Below are positions 27,441-35,448 of a stretch of 36,772 nucleotides of DNA, piece by piece. Each line of letters starts with the position of its first letter. Position 1 is the first letter of the stretch. Source of the DNA: a virus (taxonomy: Duplodnaviria > Caudoviricetes); the IMG/VR virus record IMGVR_UViG_3300020045_006747, positions 1 through 36,772 of that record. One strand, 5' to 3'. Both the position numbers and the translations under genes were made by a program. The notes below the pieces were generated by a model. It ran no database searches, had not been told where the DNA came from, and was given only the letters and a program-made list of their open reading frames with translations.

Positions 27441-27881
27441 CTATGCGGTAATTACAAATCTGTTGCACTTACTTGAGTTTTCACCTGCAGGCAACAACTG
27501 CAGGTTATTGTGGACATGGAGTCCAGAAACCAATTTTCCGCGAAGGGGAATGATATGGTCAACAGTCAGCCCTGATTTCCGCGCCGATTTGTAAATTTCT
27601 TTGATGGCGGACATGTTCGCCCACGCCGGAATCCGAACAGTCATATCCTGTCTACGCTCTCTCGCACGACGGATAGCAGCGTGGCGATTCTCTTCATAAT
27701 AGGCCTTTTGCCTCTCAGTGACACTGGGCTTGTTGGCTTCGTAATGTGCTTTCTTCTGTTCGGAAATCGCTTCCACATTCGAATGGTACCTGAGCATGGC
27801 AGCAACTCTCAACGCTTCGCGGTGTGACGCCCGGTATCTAGCATCACGGGCACGTTTTAAGGCCAGCGCTGGATCACACAT
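27441..27881 (-). CDS. HNH endonuclease (free-standing, homing type)
   Basis: Basic repeats (Y...N/H.E) followed by PAWAN...VDHIIPLRGKLVSGLHVHNNLQLL...N..K.N. The start MCDPA overlaps the previous stop. Confidence 0.88.
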   Translation of the reverse strand: MCDPALALKRARDARYRASHREALRVAAMLRYHSNVEAISEQKKAHYEANKPSVTERQKAYYEENRHAAIRRARERRQDMTVRIPAWANMSAIKEIYKSARKSGLTVDHIIPLRGKLVSGLHVHNNLQLLPAGENSSKCNRFVITA

Positions 27882-28248
27882 GCTGTATCGCCGGAGGGAT
27901 ATAATCGAGTACACGGTAACGGTTTTCCTCCCTCCGCCACACCAAAAAGCGGGGGGATTTTTCAGCCAAGCCAAGAGCATGGCCGACTGCGAAAATTGCT
28001 GTGGGTTGTCCGGTAGTAATAACGTAATCGATCCCGGGGTCGTACTTCCCGACAAATTCTGCGACGTCTTCACGCCACTTCTCTTGGACTGATGATCCGG
28101 GATGGAACGGCATATCAGTGCGAGTGATAAACCTCAATTCACCAAATGTCATGGCAGGGCTGTAGTCCATCGCATTTGACCCGGCGGCATCGCGGACTGA
28201 TTGCTCCTTCACGATCCAAACGGTAGCCAGATTATTATGTGTGTTCAT
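27874..28248 (-). CDS. Hypothetical alpha/beta protein
   Basis: 124 aa, DYSPAMTFGEL...DYVITTGQP...FLVWRREENRY. Has its own RBS and candidate promoter. Confidence 0.7.
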   Translation of the reverse strand: MNTHNNLATVWIVKEQSVRDAAGSNAMDYSPAMTFGELRFITRTDMPFHPGSSVQEKWREDVAEFVGKYDPGIDYVITTGQPTAIFAVGHALGLAEKSPRFLVWRREENRYRVLDYIPPAIQHV

Positions 28249-28292
28249 TTTGATTTCCTATCTACTATGGGAGCCTCTCGACCCGATACCGT

Positions 28293-28321
28293 AGTGTACC
28301 ACGGCTCGTACCCGGACACCA
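28293..28321 (-). promoter_or_regulatory. Candidate extended -10 promoter
   Basis: Minus strand TGGTGT-17 bp-TACACT with a TGn extension, in an intergenic gap. Confidence 0.5.
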
Positions 28322-28326
28322 TACCC

Positions 28327-30042
28327 CTAGCCGACATATTCATCCATTCTTCCAGATGCCAAACGAGTCATAATGTACTGCTCGACCGACATCTTTTCGG
28401 TGATCGATTCAGCGATCAATTCATCGATCGTGCGCTCCATGATGAGGTCAACGACGAGGACCGTGCCCGTCTGACCAATTCGATGTGCCCGATCTTCTGA
28501 TTGTGCCCGATCAATGTAAGCGTTTGTCCCACTATAGTAAACCATAGCATCCCCTTCGCCCGATATGAGAGTAAGCCCAAGTCCTGCGGTAGCCGGATTT
28601 CCCACAAAGAAGCGCATTTTCGGATCGTTACAATATCGGTCCTCAATCCGTGAGCGATCTTGCATTTCTGTTTTACCGTAGTAACTCTCCACGGAGGCAT
28701 CGCCGTATACTTCAGCCAATTTGGTGGCGATGAATTCGATTTCATGGACGAACGTTGTCCAGATGATGAATTTCGTCGTGGCATAATTATCTCCAATCAT
28801 GTCGAATAAGAGGTCCATCTTCGGATTCTCTTTGAGAGGTTCAAGGGTCACTGTCTCGGTTTCGGCATTGTATCGGGGCATCCATCCGCCCACAACCTGT
28901 CGCCAACGAAGAACACGCTCAAGCACATTATCGACCTTGATTTCCTCGTGCTCACCCTTCTTGATCAGCCGCAACAGGTTCTTTTGCTCGGGCGTGGCCT
29001 CACAATATCGTGGCGCGATCACTTTCGGTGGAAGGTTCAATACGTCTTTCCCGACTTCGACCGTATAAGGCTCGATCAGCTGCATCAATTCTTCAATATT
29101 CTGTACGCCGACGATCTGCTTGTGCTCGTATCCACCCATTGTGAGGTATCGGCACTTGTAAGACCAATAATCTCCAGATCCGATGATGTTAGGGTCGAGA
29201 AATTCATATTGCGACCAAAGGTCTTGAATACCAAGCGCAATGGGTGTGCCGTTAAGTATGACGCGATATTTGGAAGCATCGCGAAATTCAATCGTGCGCT
29301 CCGTTCGTTGAGCACTAGGGTTTTTAATGCGGCTGGATTCATCACAAATGAGCATAATGTCTCGCTGGACGAAGAAACCACAAACACTATCGAAGAGGGC
29401 TTTTGATACGCCAAGACCTTCCACAGATACGGCGAGTACTTGTAATCTGTCCTTAGGGTGATCATTATAAAACTCCTGTAATGATTTTGACTTGGTGTCG
29501 TGGACACGGAATTCGTAGGGCGCTGTCGAATATTTCTCGAACTCTTTACGCCATGTCGCTCGGAGGGTTGAAGGGCAGATGATCACAATAGCGTTAATCA
29601 GGCCCGCCTTGTATCGGGCGCAAGCCAGATGAATGGCTGCAAAAGTCTTTCCCGTTCCCATCTTAGCGAACCACGCGACAGCCGGGAGATTCCACGCCTT
29701 GTCCAACATCTTGCGTTGATGGTCCATCGGCCGATAAGCGGTCTTGGACTCGGTGAAATCATAAAGGTGATACGGGAATGGTTGGTAGATCGGACCCGCA
29801 GTCAACTTCTCGAAATCGCGAATAGCGTCGGCGGCACCTTGCGTCAACTTATAATCATAGATGTGCTTGGTGCCTTCCAAGTGGTTGATGTTGGGGCGAA
29901 CCAGTGGCATTCGCCAAGTCTTGTCTTTCGGGTTGAACCGACGCGATGGAAACCCGCGCATGACGTCCGCCAAAAAGAACGGACATGCCATCTTCAGGCG
30001 ACGCGTCTTCGCATCGAAATCCACACTGATAGTGTTATTCAT
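28327..30042 (-). CDS. SNF2-like superfamily 2 helicase
   Basis: KMGTGKT, ICDESSRIKNP, LNGTP, GLGLTL and QSEDRAHRIGQ. Confidence 0.92.
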   Translation of the reverse strand: MNNTISVDFDAKTRRLKMACPFFLADVMRGFPSRRFNPKDKTWRMPLVRPNINHLEGTKHIYDYKLTQGAADAIRDFEKLTAGPIYQPFPYHLYDFTESKTAYRPMDHQRKMLDKAWNLPAVAWFAKMGTGKTFAAIHLACARYKAGLINAIVIICPSTLRATWRKEFEKYSTAPYEFRVHDTKSKSLQEFYNDHPKDRLQVLAVSVEGLGVSKALFDSVCGFFVQRDIMLICDESSRIKNPSAQRTERTIEFRDASKYRVILNGTPIALGIQDLWSQYEFLDPNIIGSGDYWSYKCRYLTMGGYEHKQIVGVQNIEELMQLIEPYTVEVGKDVLNLPPKVIAPRYCEATPEQKNLLRLIKKGEHEEIKVDNVLERVLRWRQVVGGWMPRYNAETETVTLEPLKENPKMDLLFDMIGDNYATTKFIIWTTFVHEIEFIATKLAEVYGDASVESYYGKTEMQDRSRIEDRYCNDPKMRFFVGNPATAGLGLTLISGEGDAMVYYSGTNAYIDRAQSEDRAHRIGQTGTVLVVDLIMERTIDELIAESITEKMSVEQYIMTRLASGRMDEYVG

Positions 30043-30175
30043 ATAAATCTCCGAAGATCACCCCGACAGCAAATGACAGCCAAGCAAATTCAATCCAAAA
30101 ACACCCAGTCACGCCCACGCCGATGGCCGGTAATATGAAAACACAATGGTCAGAGAAACGAGAATAAAAAGTCAT
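30035..30175 (-). CDS. Small hydrophobic hypothetical protein
   Basis: The start MTFYSRF is ATGA-coupled to the upstream gene. RBS AAGGAG. Confidence 0.55.
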   Translation of the reverse strand: MTFYSRFSDHCVFILPAIGVGVTGCFWIEFAWLSFAVGVIFGDLYE

Positions 30176-30435
30176 GTCGGCTCCTTTAGTGCTGCTCCAA
30201 TCGGAAAAATAGCAATCCGGTGCGTCTTTGCGCATTGCGTACAGATCACAGCCCAATCACCAACATAACCAAGCCCAACGCCATGCGGTCCCTGATCTTC
30301 CCCAGCAATTCTATATGGGGTTTCTGAATATACCCATTTGCCGTTCACTTTGTTGCCTGTGTCGTAGTTCAGATCGGCGTCATAAAACGCTTTGCCACCG
30401 CACACGTCGCATGATCTGTAGTCAGCTCCTGCCAT
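30172..30435 (-). CDS. Zn-ribbon hypothetical protein
   Basis: CDVC...CTQC. RBS AAGGAG. Confidence 0.65.
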   Translation of the reverse strand: MAGADYRSCDVCGGKAFYDADLNYDTGNKVNGKWVYSETPYRIAGEDQGPHGVGLGYVGDWAVICTQCAKTHRIAIFPIGAALKEPT

Positions 30436-31159
30436 TTGAAGTCTCCTTTGGCGCTACGGCTAGCATTGCTTTGTAAAGATTACGCGCATCATCAATTCCA
30501 ACGAAAGCATCGGTTTCAATGTCAACTCGCAGCATCGCATCTGTAGGCTCTACCGGCACAAGTTGCCACCCTTCAGGCGCAGGTGCCGCACCAGCGGCTA
30601 GATACAGCGGCTTCATATGGTGCAAGTCGTACTTATATTTAGTCAACCATTCAAAATTACCACTGTCCCAGTTGAATCTAGCCACAGGCTCCTGCGCTGC
30701 CAGTTCAGCACACTTTGAGCATGGCGTGACTGCCCCAGCGGCCTCGGAGTCGCTCACAATGCGCTTGTACCCAATAACCTCGCCCTCTAGCTCGTGTATG
30801 CGGTGCTTGAGGGCGCGAATGTCTCCGGGTACTGCACCAGCGGCTGCGTAGAGCTTAGTAATGCCATCAGGGAAACTGTGTCCTTCAGCCGCCCAGATGA
30901 TTCTGAAGCCGTCGCGGGTGGCTGATCCGGTATAAACAGTCCCAATGGGCTCCTGCGCTGCCAGTGCTGCGATATGCGCGTCACGTCGGTCACAAGCGCT
31001 TTCTAAGCTCGCTTTTTCGGCTGCGAGGATTTGATTCTCCTGCTCTGCTTTCGCAAGGGCTGCGCGGAGTTCGTCAATTTCTGTTTGTTTGTATTCCAAA
31101 ATGTCATCATCGGAGGACTTTGTGGTGATCCTGCTTTGCCAAGTTTTGATATTGCTCAT
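30422..31159 (-). CDS. Eaa/Ead-like mosaic early protein
   Basis: Repeated LAAQEP and LY.AAGA.P modules, PEGWQLVPVEPTDAM and YKAMLAVAP. Alternative start at 31195. Confidence 0.65.
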   Translation of the reverse strand: MSNIKTWQSRITTKSSDDDILEYKQTEIDELRAALAKAEQENQILAAEKASLESACDRRDAHIAALAAQEPIGTVYTGSATRDGFRIIWAAEGHSFPDGITKLYAAAGAVPGDIRALKHRIHELEGEVIGYKRIVSDSEAAGAVTPCSKCAELAAQEPVARFNWDSGNFEWLTKYKYDLHHMKPLYLAAGAAPAPEGWQLVPVEPTDAMLRVDIETDAFVGIDDARNLYKAMLAVAPKETSNGRS

Positions 31160-31169
31160 GATTGACCTT

Positions 31170-31712
31170 TCAAAAATTCCCGCTTCCGATTCCATGCTGA
31201 CCTTTCATTGCGGCCAGCGCCACACGCTGCACTTGCCCGGTTGATATTCCTGCGATGTAGCTCAGCTCTTTGCGCAGTGCATCGCGCTCGTTTTTCAGAT
31301 ACCGAACATCAAGGTCTTCACCGCTGAGTTGGCATTGGCTTACAAGGTCAGTCCAGCTTTTTGCGTGCTTTTCGCAGGCATTCAGCTTACACAATAGGTC
31401 TTCGTTATCTGACGCCAGCCTGTTTTTACGATGCTGTAGTGCATCGCGCTCCTTCCGCGTGAAGTCCAGTATGTTTGCCTGCTTGTCGCCTGCTCTGCGC
31501 AGTGCATCGCGCTCTGCTGCCAGTGCTTGAATTTCCTCCTGATACCGCTGTGCGTTTTCATCCTGTTCGCGTTGTAGCTCATCGCGCTCTGCCTCTGCTT
31601 CTGCAAGAGCTTTTTGTAGATCGTCAATCTCTGTTTGCATTAAGTCAATACGACCCTCCAAGTTAGGCACATCGCCTCTGGTATATTGCTCTTCCCAACG
31701 TCTAATAATCAC
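31170..31712 (-). CDS. Coiled-coil Ead/Ea22-like early protein
   Basis: Four ERD(A/E)L repeats. ATGA/GTGA-type overlap with the upstream gene. Confidence 0.6.
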   Translation of the reverse strand: MIIRRWEEQYTRGDVPNLEGRIDLMQTEIDDLQKALAEAEAERDELQREQDENAQRYQEEIQALAAERDALRRAGDKQANILDFTRKERDALQHRKNRLASDNEDLLCKLNACEKHAKSWTDLVSQCQLSGEDLDVRYLKNERDALRKELSYIAGISTGQVQRVALAAMKGQHGIGSGNF

Positions 31713-31912
31713 GACTGACCTCCATCATCTGAATCGGGCTTACCCCTCGTGAAACCTTTACCGCCGCAAGAATTGCAAGCCGCACCATCGTATTGCCCCT
31801 CGCCCGTACCGGCACAAGCAGAACAATGGCCGTCATTCTCGTCTGTTTCGGGTTCGTCGTCAAGATCCTCAAGTGTATCGGTTATGGATCCTTCATCATC
31901 AATTGTCTTCAT
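31709..31912 (-). CDS. Small protein with DnaJ-type CxxCxGxG zinc finger
   Basis: CSACAGTG...CNSCGGKG with an acidic N-terminus. RBS GAGG. Confidence 0.7.
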   Translation of the reverse strand: MKTIDDEGSITDTLEDLDDEPETDENDGHCSACAGTGEGQYDGAACNSCGGKGFTRGKPDSDDGGQS

Positions 31913-31991
31913 TGTCTGCCCCTCTCATGAATGCTAAAATTAAGATCACAAGGATCACGTACACACCAGTCGCGACCAATACCTGTGTCAT
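31899..31991 (-). CDS. 30-aa single-TM micro-protein (MTQVLVATGVYVILVILILAFMRGADNEDN)
   Basis: Translated by hand. TAATG overlap with the upstream micro-ORF. RBS GGAGG. Confidence 0.65.
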   Translation of the reverse strand: MTQVLVATGVYVILVILILAFMRGADNEDN

Positions 31992-32065
31992 TACTTGCCC
32001 TCCCAAAAATCAGCAATTGCCGTCGCGATCACCAGAATGCCGACAATGATTGCTGTTTCAATCAT
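31991..32065 (-). CDS. 24-aa single-TM micro-protein (MIETAIIVGILVIATAIADFWEGK)
   Basis: Translated by hand. ATGA overlap with the upstream gene. Confidence 0.6.
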   Translation of the reverse strand: MIETAIIVGILVIATAIADFWEGK

Positions 32066-32397
32066 GATTCCCACCCTTGAGTGAATGGGCCGATATGGAC
32101 TTCCGAGGTGGCGCTCCCCTCGCGCTCACGCCGAGCTTTCTCGACTTCATGTTCAATCTGGACCCGCAACGGCGAGAAAAGGCCAAGCGTCATGACGTCC
32201 ATGATCATATGGCACATGTTAGTGGAAATGACTGCAGACTTGTTGTCGGCGTTATCCGTGATCACGAGATTATGGATCATGTCCTTCACGAAGAAGCCCT
32301 TGTTCTTCATATCGGGCGTCTGGACATAACGAACATAGATGTAAGTACGTGGAGATTTGGTGAGTTCAATGACCACCGAGTATTCATTGAGTGCCAT
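32062..32397 (-). CDS. Hypothetical protein
   Basis: The start MALNEY is TAATG-coupled to the upstream gene. Confidence 0.6.
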   Translation of the reverse strand: MALNEYSVVIELTKSPRTYIYVRYVQTPDMKNKGFFVKDMIHNLVITDNADNKSAVISTNMCHMIMDVMTLGLFSPLRVQIEHEVEKARREREGSATSEVHIGPFTQGWES

Positions 32398-32813
32398 TAT
32401 TTGCCCCATCCTTTGTTAGGTATGTACCCCCATGCGTTCATGGCAGGCTGCATCTCTGCGGCCCCGAACGCCATCTTTGTCTGTGTGTCGCGCCACTCCT
32501 TTGCCTCTGTGACATCAACGTCGAGAGGTTCTGTTTGACGGGTCCCGGAGACACTCGCGGGTCCCGGAGCTATGTCAGCCCGGATCGGGGTCCCGGAGCG
32601 CAGTGGCGGTACTGCCGGAGTACCGGCGCGACCCATCGTCGGACTGACGTGATGACTGGTCAGGCGTGCGATCCGCGCCCGATTATACTCCACGAGGCAG
32701 CGTGCCTTGTCAAGGCTGTTTTCAGCCATCAGCATCTCATGTCGGGCTTCAAGTAGTTCTTGCTCGACCGCTTGTTCCAGCGTCGGATGCCTGAACAATT
32801 CAAAAAATTTCAT
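32397..32813 (-). CDS. Hypothetical protein
   Basis: N-terminal helical hairpin (ELLEARHEML...VEYNRARIARL) with a low-complexity tail. RBS AGGAG. Confidence 0.65.
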   Translation of the reverse strand: MKFFELFRHPTLEQAVEQELLEARHEMLMAENSLDKARCLVEYNRARIARLTSHHVSPTMGRAGTPAVPPLRSGTPIRADIAPGPASVSGTRQTEPLDVDVTEAKEWRDTQTKMAFGAAEMQPAMNAWGYIPNKGWGK

Positions 32814-32978
32814 GTGGTTCTCCTATCGGGCTATGAATCTTGCAGTGATGGTTCTCTTTGAGATTCCTTTCGGATTTTAACTCAGGCCACTGCTTGCGCT
32901 GACCTTTTTAAATCGAGAGCTACGGCATGTTAGGGCGGCAAACTCTGCATTGCTCTCGATTCACACCGCCCCAGAGTT
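32814..32978 (-). ncRNA. Candidate structured leader RNA with interleaved helices
   Basis: Complementary pairs: 32952-61/32911-20 (10 bp perfect), 32972-78/32941-47, 32966-71/32933-38, 32958-65/32832-39 and 32888-93/32842-47. GCAA and GAAA tetraloop hairpins are also present. Confidence 0.5.
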
Positions 32979-33970
32979 CAGGCTTCGGCGGCTTCTTCGG
33001 CAGGTACAGCCTTGGCAGCGGCTTTTGCTTCCTTAGCGGCTTTGTTGGCTGCTGCGGCTGCGGCACGAGCTTCACGCTTGGCCTGAGCTTTGGCTTCCCA
33101 GTCGGTCGCAGTAGCCAAGCCATTTGATTCGATGGTGGCCTTAATCACATCCATCGTCAGCGTGCCCTTCTTCAAGGCACCGCGCATCCGATTACGCAGA
33201 TTCATGCTTTGCTGACCAGAGTTCAACTGGCTGTAAGGATTGTGGTCCAGATCAAGCACGAGCTTGGCCAATTGAATCACATTGCCGACAGGCACAGCGT
33301 CGAGCACTTCGGCCAGTTCGTTGGTCGAGCGGAGTTGTCCGGTAGCGCCTTTCACATAAGCGCCTTGTTTGACACGGTCAGCCAGAGCCAGCATCGACCC
33401 GACGTATTTACGAGTGCCGTCGGGGTTCAGATTGGCGAGACGTTCGGCACGGGCGGCCTTCGCGGCTTCACGTTCTTCCTTGGTCATCTGATTCTTGGCT
33501 TGAATCGCTTTCAATTTGGCAGCATCCTTTTCGGCCTTCAGAGCAGCAGCGGCTTTCAGCTTGGCGGCTTTGGCTTCAGCTTTCGCGGCATCCTTTTCGG
33601 CTTTCAGAGCAGCTTTCTTGGCTTCGCGCTCCTGTTTGGCCAGTTCTTTGTTCGACAGGACAGGCTTGGGCATGGGGTTCAGCGTTTCGGTGTAGCCGTC
33701 TTCGTTGACTTCAGTCATGGTGACTTCCTCAGTGGTTGGTTGATTGGACCCCGATTCTACGGCAACGGGAGTGTCGGTGTCAATGGGGTTGGCGGCGGCA
33801 TTCATAGTGCCTTCATTTTTCGGGCTTTTCCGTGGGGCGCGTTCATTTTTCGGGCTTTTCCGTGGGGCGCGTTCATTTTTCATGGGGTCTTCCTTTAGGA
33901 TACTGATAGCTGATTGGAGGAGGAGGTCCGAATATGCATCCGGACCCCATTTGGGATTAGACTGGCTCAT
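32978..33970 (-). CDS. Ala/Lys-rich early protein with an LNxGQQSMNLRN domain
   Basis: Histone-like AK repeats flank a ~80-aa domain paralogous to 35522-36235. ATGA-coupled to the upstream gene. Confidence 0.7.
   Translation of the reverse strand: MSQSNPKWGPDAYSDLLLQSAISILKEDPMKNERAPRKSPKNERAPRKSPKNEGTMNAAANPIDTDTPVAVESGSNQPTTEEVTMTEVNEDGYTETLNPMPKPVLSNKELAKQEREAKKAALKAEKDAAKAEAKAAKLKAAAALKAEKDAAKLKAIQAKNQMTKEEREAAKAARAERLANLNPDGTRKYVGSMLALADRVKQGAYVKGATGQLRSTNELAEVLDAVPVGNVIQLAKLVLDLDHNPYSQLNSGQQSMNLRNRMRGALKKGTLTMDVIKATIESNGLATATDWEAKAQAKREARAAAAAANKAAKEAKAAAKAVPAEEAAEA
33812..33881. repeat. 30-bp tandem repeat (2.3 copies), in frame
   Basis: Unit TTCATTTTTCGGGCTTTTCCGTGGGGCGCG, encoding KNERAPRKSP twice. 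Confidence 0.9.
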
Positions 33971-34263
33971 TTCAGGGCTTTAAGCTCCTTTCTGGCAATC
34001 GAGTCCCAGCAGCTGTTGGCGTTAACTTCGACAGCGTACGCTGTTTCAATGGACTGCTCATCTTCATTGTCATAATAGGCCACAACTTCATGGTATGTGC
34101 CGAAATCATGGGGGAAAGCCTTCACGCGCAGGTCGGCTGTTGGGAATTCGCGCCGGAGTTGGTCGCGATAGATGCGGGTTTCGGCACGTGAGAAGGCGTG
34201 GCCGACAGGAAAACACTCTTCATTTGCTGGTGTGGACCCGATTGTGATGTAATCGCGTGCCAT
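33967..34263 (-). CDS. Conserved phage hypothetical protein
   Basis: Starts at MARDYI with RBS GGAG. Motifs IGSTP..E.C and PHDFGTYHEV. Confidence 0.7.
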   Translation of the reverse strand: MARDYITIGSTPANEECFPVGHAFSRAETRIYRDQLRREFPTADLRVKAFPHDFGTYHEVVAYYDNEDEQSIETAYAVEVNANSCWDSIARKELKALK

Positions 34264-34265
34264 GG

Positions 34266-34772
34266 TTATTCTCCGATGCATTCGAGTTTGTATCCCGCCA
34301 CTTCGACCATCTTGGTGCCGATCTGGACCTTCTTGCATGTCCCGGTATCGGTTTCGCGGATATTGACGTCAACGCCGATCGTCATGGCCAAAAAGTGCTC
34401 AGACTCGGGGCGCGAAAAATCGAAATGACGCAGGGCTTCAATATCTGTCACGGTGTCTTTACTTGCGGTGGCTTCGCATTCCATGTCGAGCATGGCCTTC
34501 AATATCTGCGGCACGACGCCCTCAAGCATGGAATCGGTGGTCACGCTGATCGACACGGCGAGTTTTACCTCATTGTTCCACACATTGAGTTCAGGCCATA
34601 TCGCAATCGATGAATCTTCATCGCCGATGCCGTCGAGACGGCGGTTGATCAGGTCCACGGTGGCGGTGGTCTTCTTAGCGTTTTTGCGTGCCAACGCCAG
34701 CCGTTTTTTGCTGTAATCAACGTAGCTCTTCGCGTCGCAGATCGCGATTTTGGCTGTCAGGGTTGTCTTCAT
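34266..34772 (-). CDS. Hypothetical early protein
   Basis: 168 aa, RBS AGGAG, C-terminal CKKVQIGTK...YKLEC. Confidence 0.7.
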   Translation of the reverse strand: MKTTLTAKIAICDAKSYVDYSKKRLALARKNAKKTTATVDLINRRLDGIGDEDSSIAIWPELNVWNNEVKLAVSISVTTDSMLEGVVPQILKAMLDMECEATASKDTVTDIEALRHFDFSRPESEHFLAMTIGVDVNIRETDTGTCKKVQIGTKMVEVAGYKLECIGE

Positions 34773-34815
34773 GGTAATACTCCTATTAAACTATCGGGGG
34801 GGCGGGTGAGATTCT

Positions 34816-34844
34816 ATTGTAGCACAGCCGGAGCCGTGCTACCA
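34816..34844 (-). promoter_or_regulatory. Candidate extended -10 promoter overlapped by an inverted repeat
   Basis: Minus strand TGGTAG-17 bp-TACAAT with TGn. The inverted repeat GTAGCAC...GTGCTAC spans the spacer. Confidence 0.55.
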
Positions 34845-34856
34845 GATATGTTCAGA

Positions 34857-35063
34857 TCACATTACGACATTAAAATGGAAGTGGGCCATCACTTGAATCG
34901 CCCGTTCACCTACGAATACTGGGAAATACCTATTGTCGGCTGTCTTCTGAATGAAATAGGTAAGTGGGCCTTGATCTGCGGGGTATCGTTTCTCGACGGC
35001 CTTGACCGCGTTCGCTTCGGTGGCATATGTGCGGTTTGGTTCGAGTGCGATCAGGCGGCTCAT
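34857..35063 (-). CDS. Hypothetical early protein
   Basis: 68 aa, RTYATEANAVKAV...RYFPVFVG. RBS AAGGAG. Confidence 0.7.
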   Translation of the reverse strand: MSRLIALEPNRTYATEANAVKAVEKRYPADQGPLTYFIQKTADNRYFPVFVGERAIQVMAHFHFNVVM

Positions 35064-35167
35064 TTTAACTCTCCTTGTATTTGGTCACGAATCCGCAGGA
35101 AGGCGGGGTAGCTGAGGGGTTTTACGTGAAGCATCGCGCAGCGCGCTTGGTGATGAAGGTAGCTCAT
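35060..35167 (-). CDS. 35-aa micro-protein (MSYLHHQARCAMLHVKPLSYPAFLRIRDQIQGELK)
   Basis: Translated by hand. ATGA overlaps at both ends fill the gap exactly. Confidence 0.65.
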   Translation of the reverse strand: MSYLHHQARCAMLHVKPLSYPAFLRIRDQIQGELK

Positions 35168-35448
35168 TCCAGCGCCCCACGTGTGGTGTTACCTGTCGCG
35201 ATATCGACGCAGACCGCTTCGGTTCCGGGTTCAAGCACGACGACCACGCTATTGTGCTCGGTGAATATCTCCAAGATGGCTTCATCTTCGCTGAGCGTGC
35301 CGGTATCGTGAAGCACGGCATCAAGCGCCAGATCAGCTTCATCGTCTCGGCTGGACCTGTGCCATGTGTAGGCAGCGCGTGCGAGTGCGTCGCGCTTGAG
35401 CATGGCCGCGATCGTGCGGTTTGACTGGGTGTGGTCGACTGTTTCCAT
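35164..35448 (-). CDS. Hypothetical acidic early protein
   Basis: 94 aa, RBS AGGAG. Confidence 0.6.
   Translation of the reverse strand: METVDHTQSNRTIAAMLKRDALARAAYTWHRSSRDDEADLALDAVLHDTGTLSEDEAILEIFTEHNSVVVVLEPGTEAVCVDIATGNTTRGALE

Noticed and set aside
27882-28073. N-terminal extension of the HNH ORF, and similar long starts at 925, 9532, 11427, 12965, 24002 and 34338
   Set aside because: They overlap upstream genes extensively. Downstream ATGs with stop-start coupling or a clear RBS are more plausible.
31709-31912. DnaJ chaperone
   Set aside because: It has only two CxxCxGxG repeats, with no J-domain or HPD motif.
32905-32975. HDV-like, hammerhead or pistol ribozyme, or tRNA
   Set aside because: There is no P1.1 CC/GG pairing, no CUGANGA core and no cloverleaf or T-loop. 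It is kept as an unclassified structured RNA.
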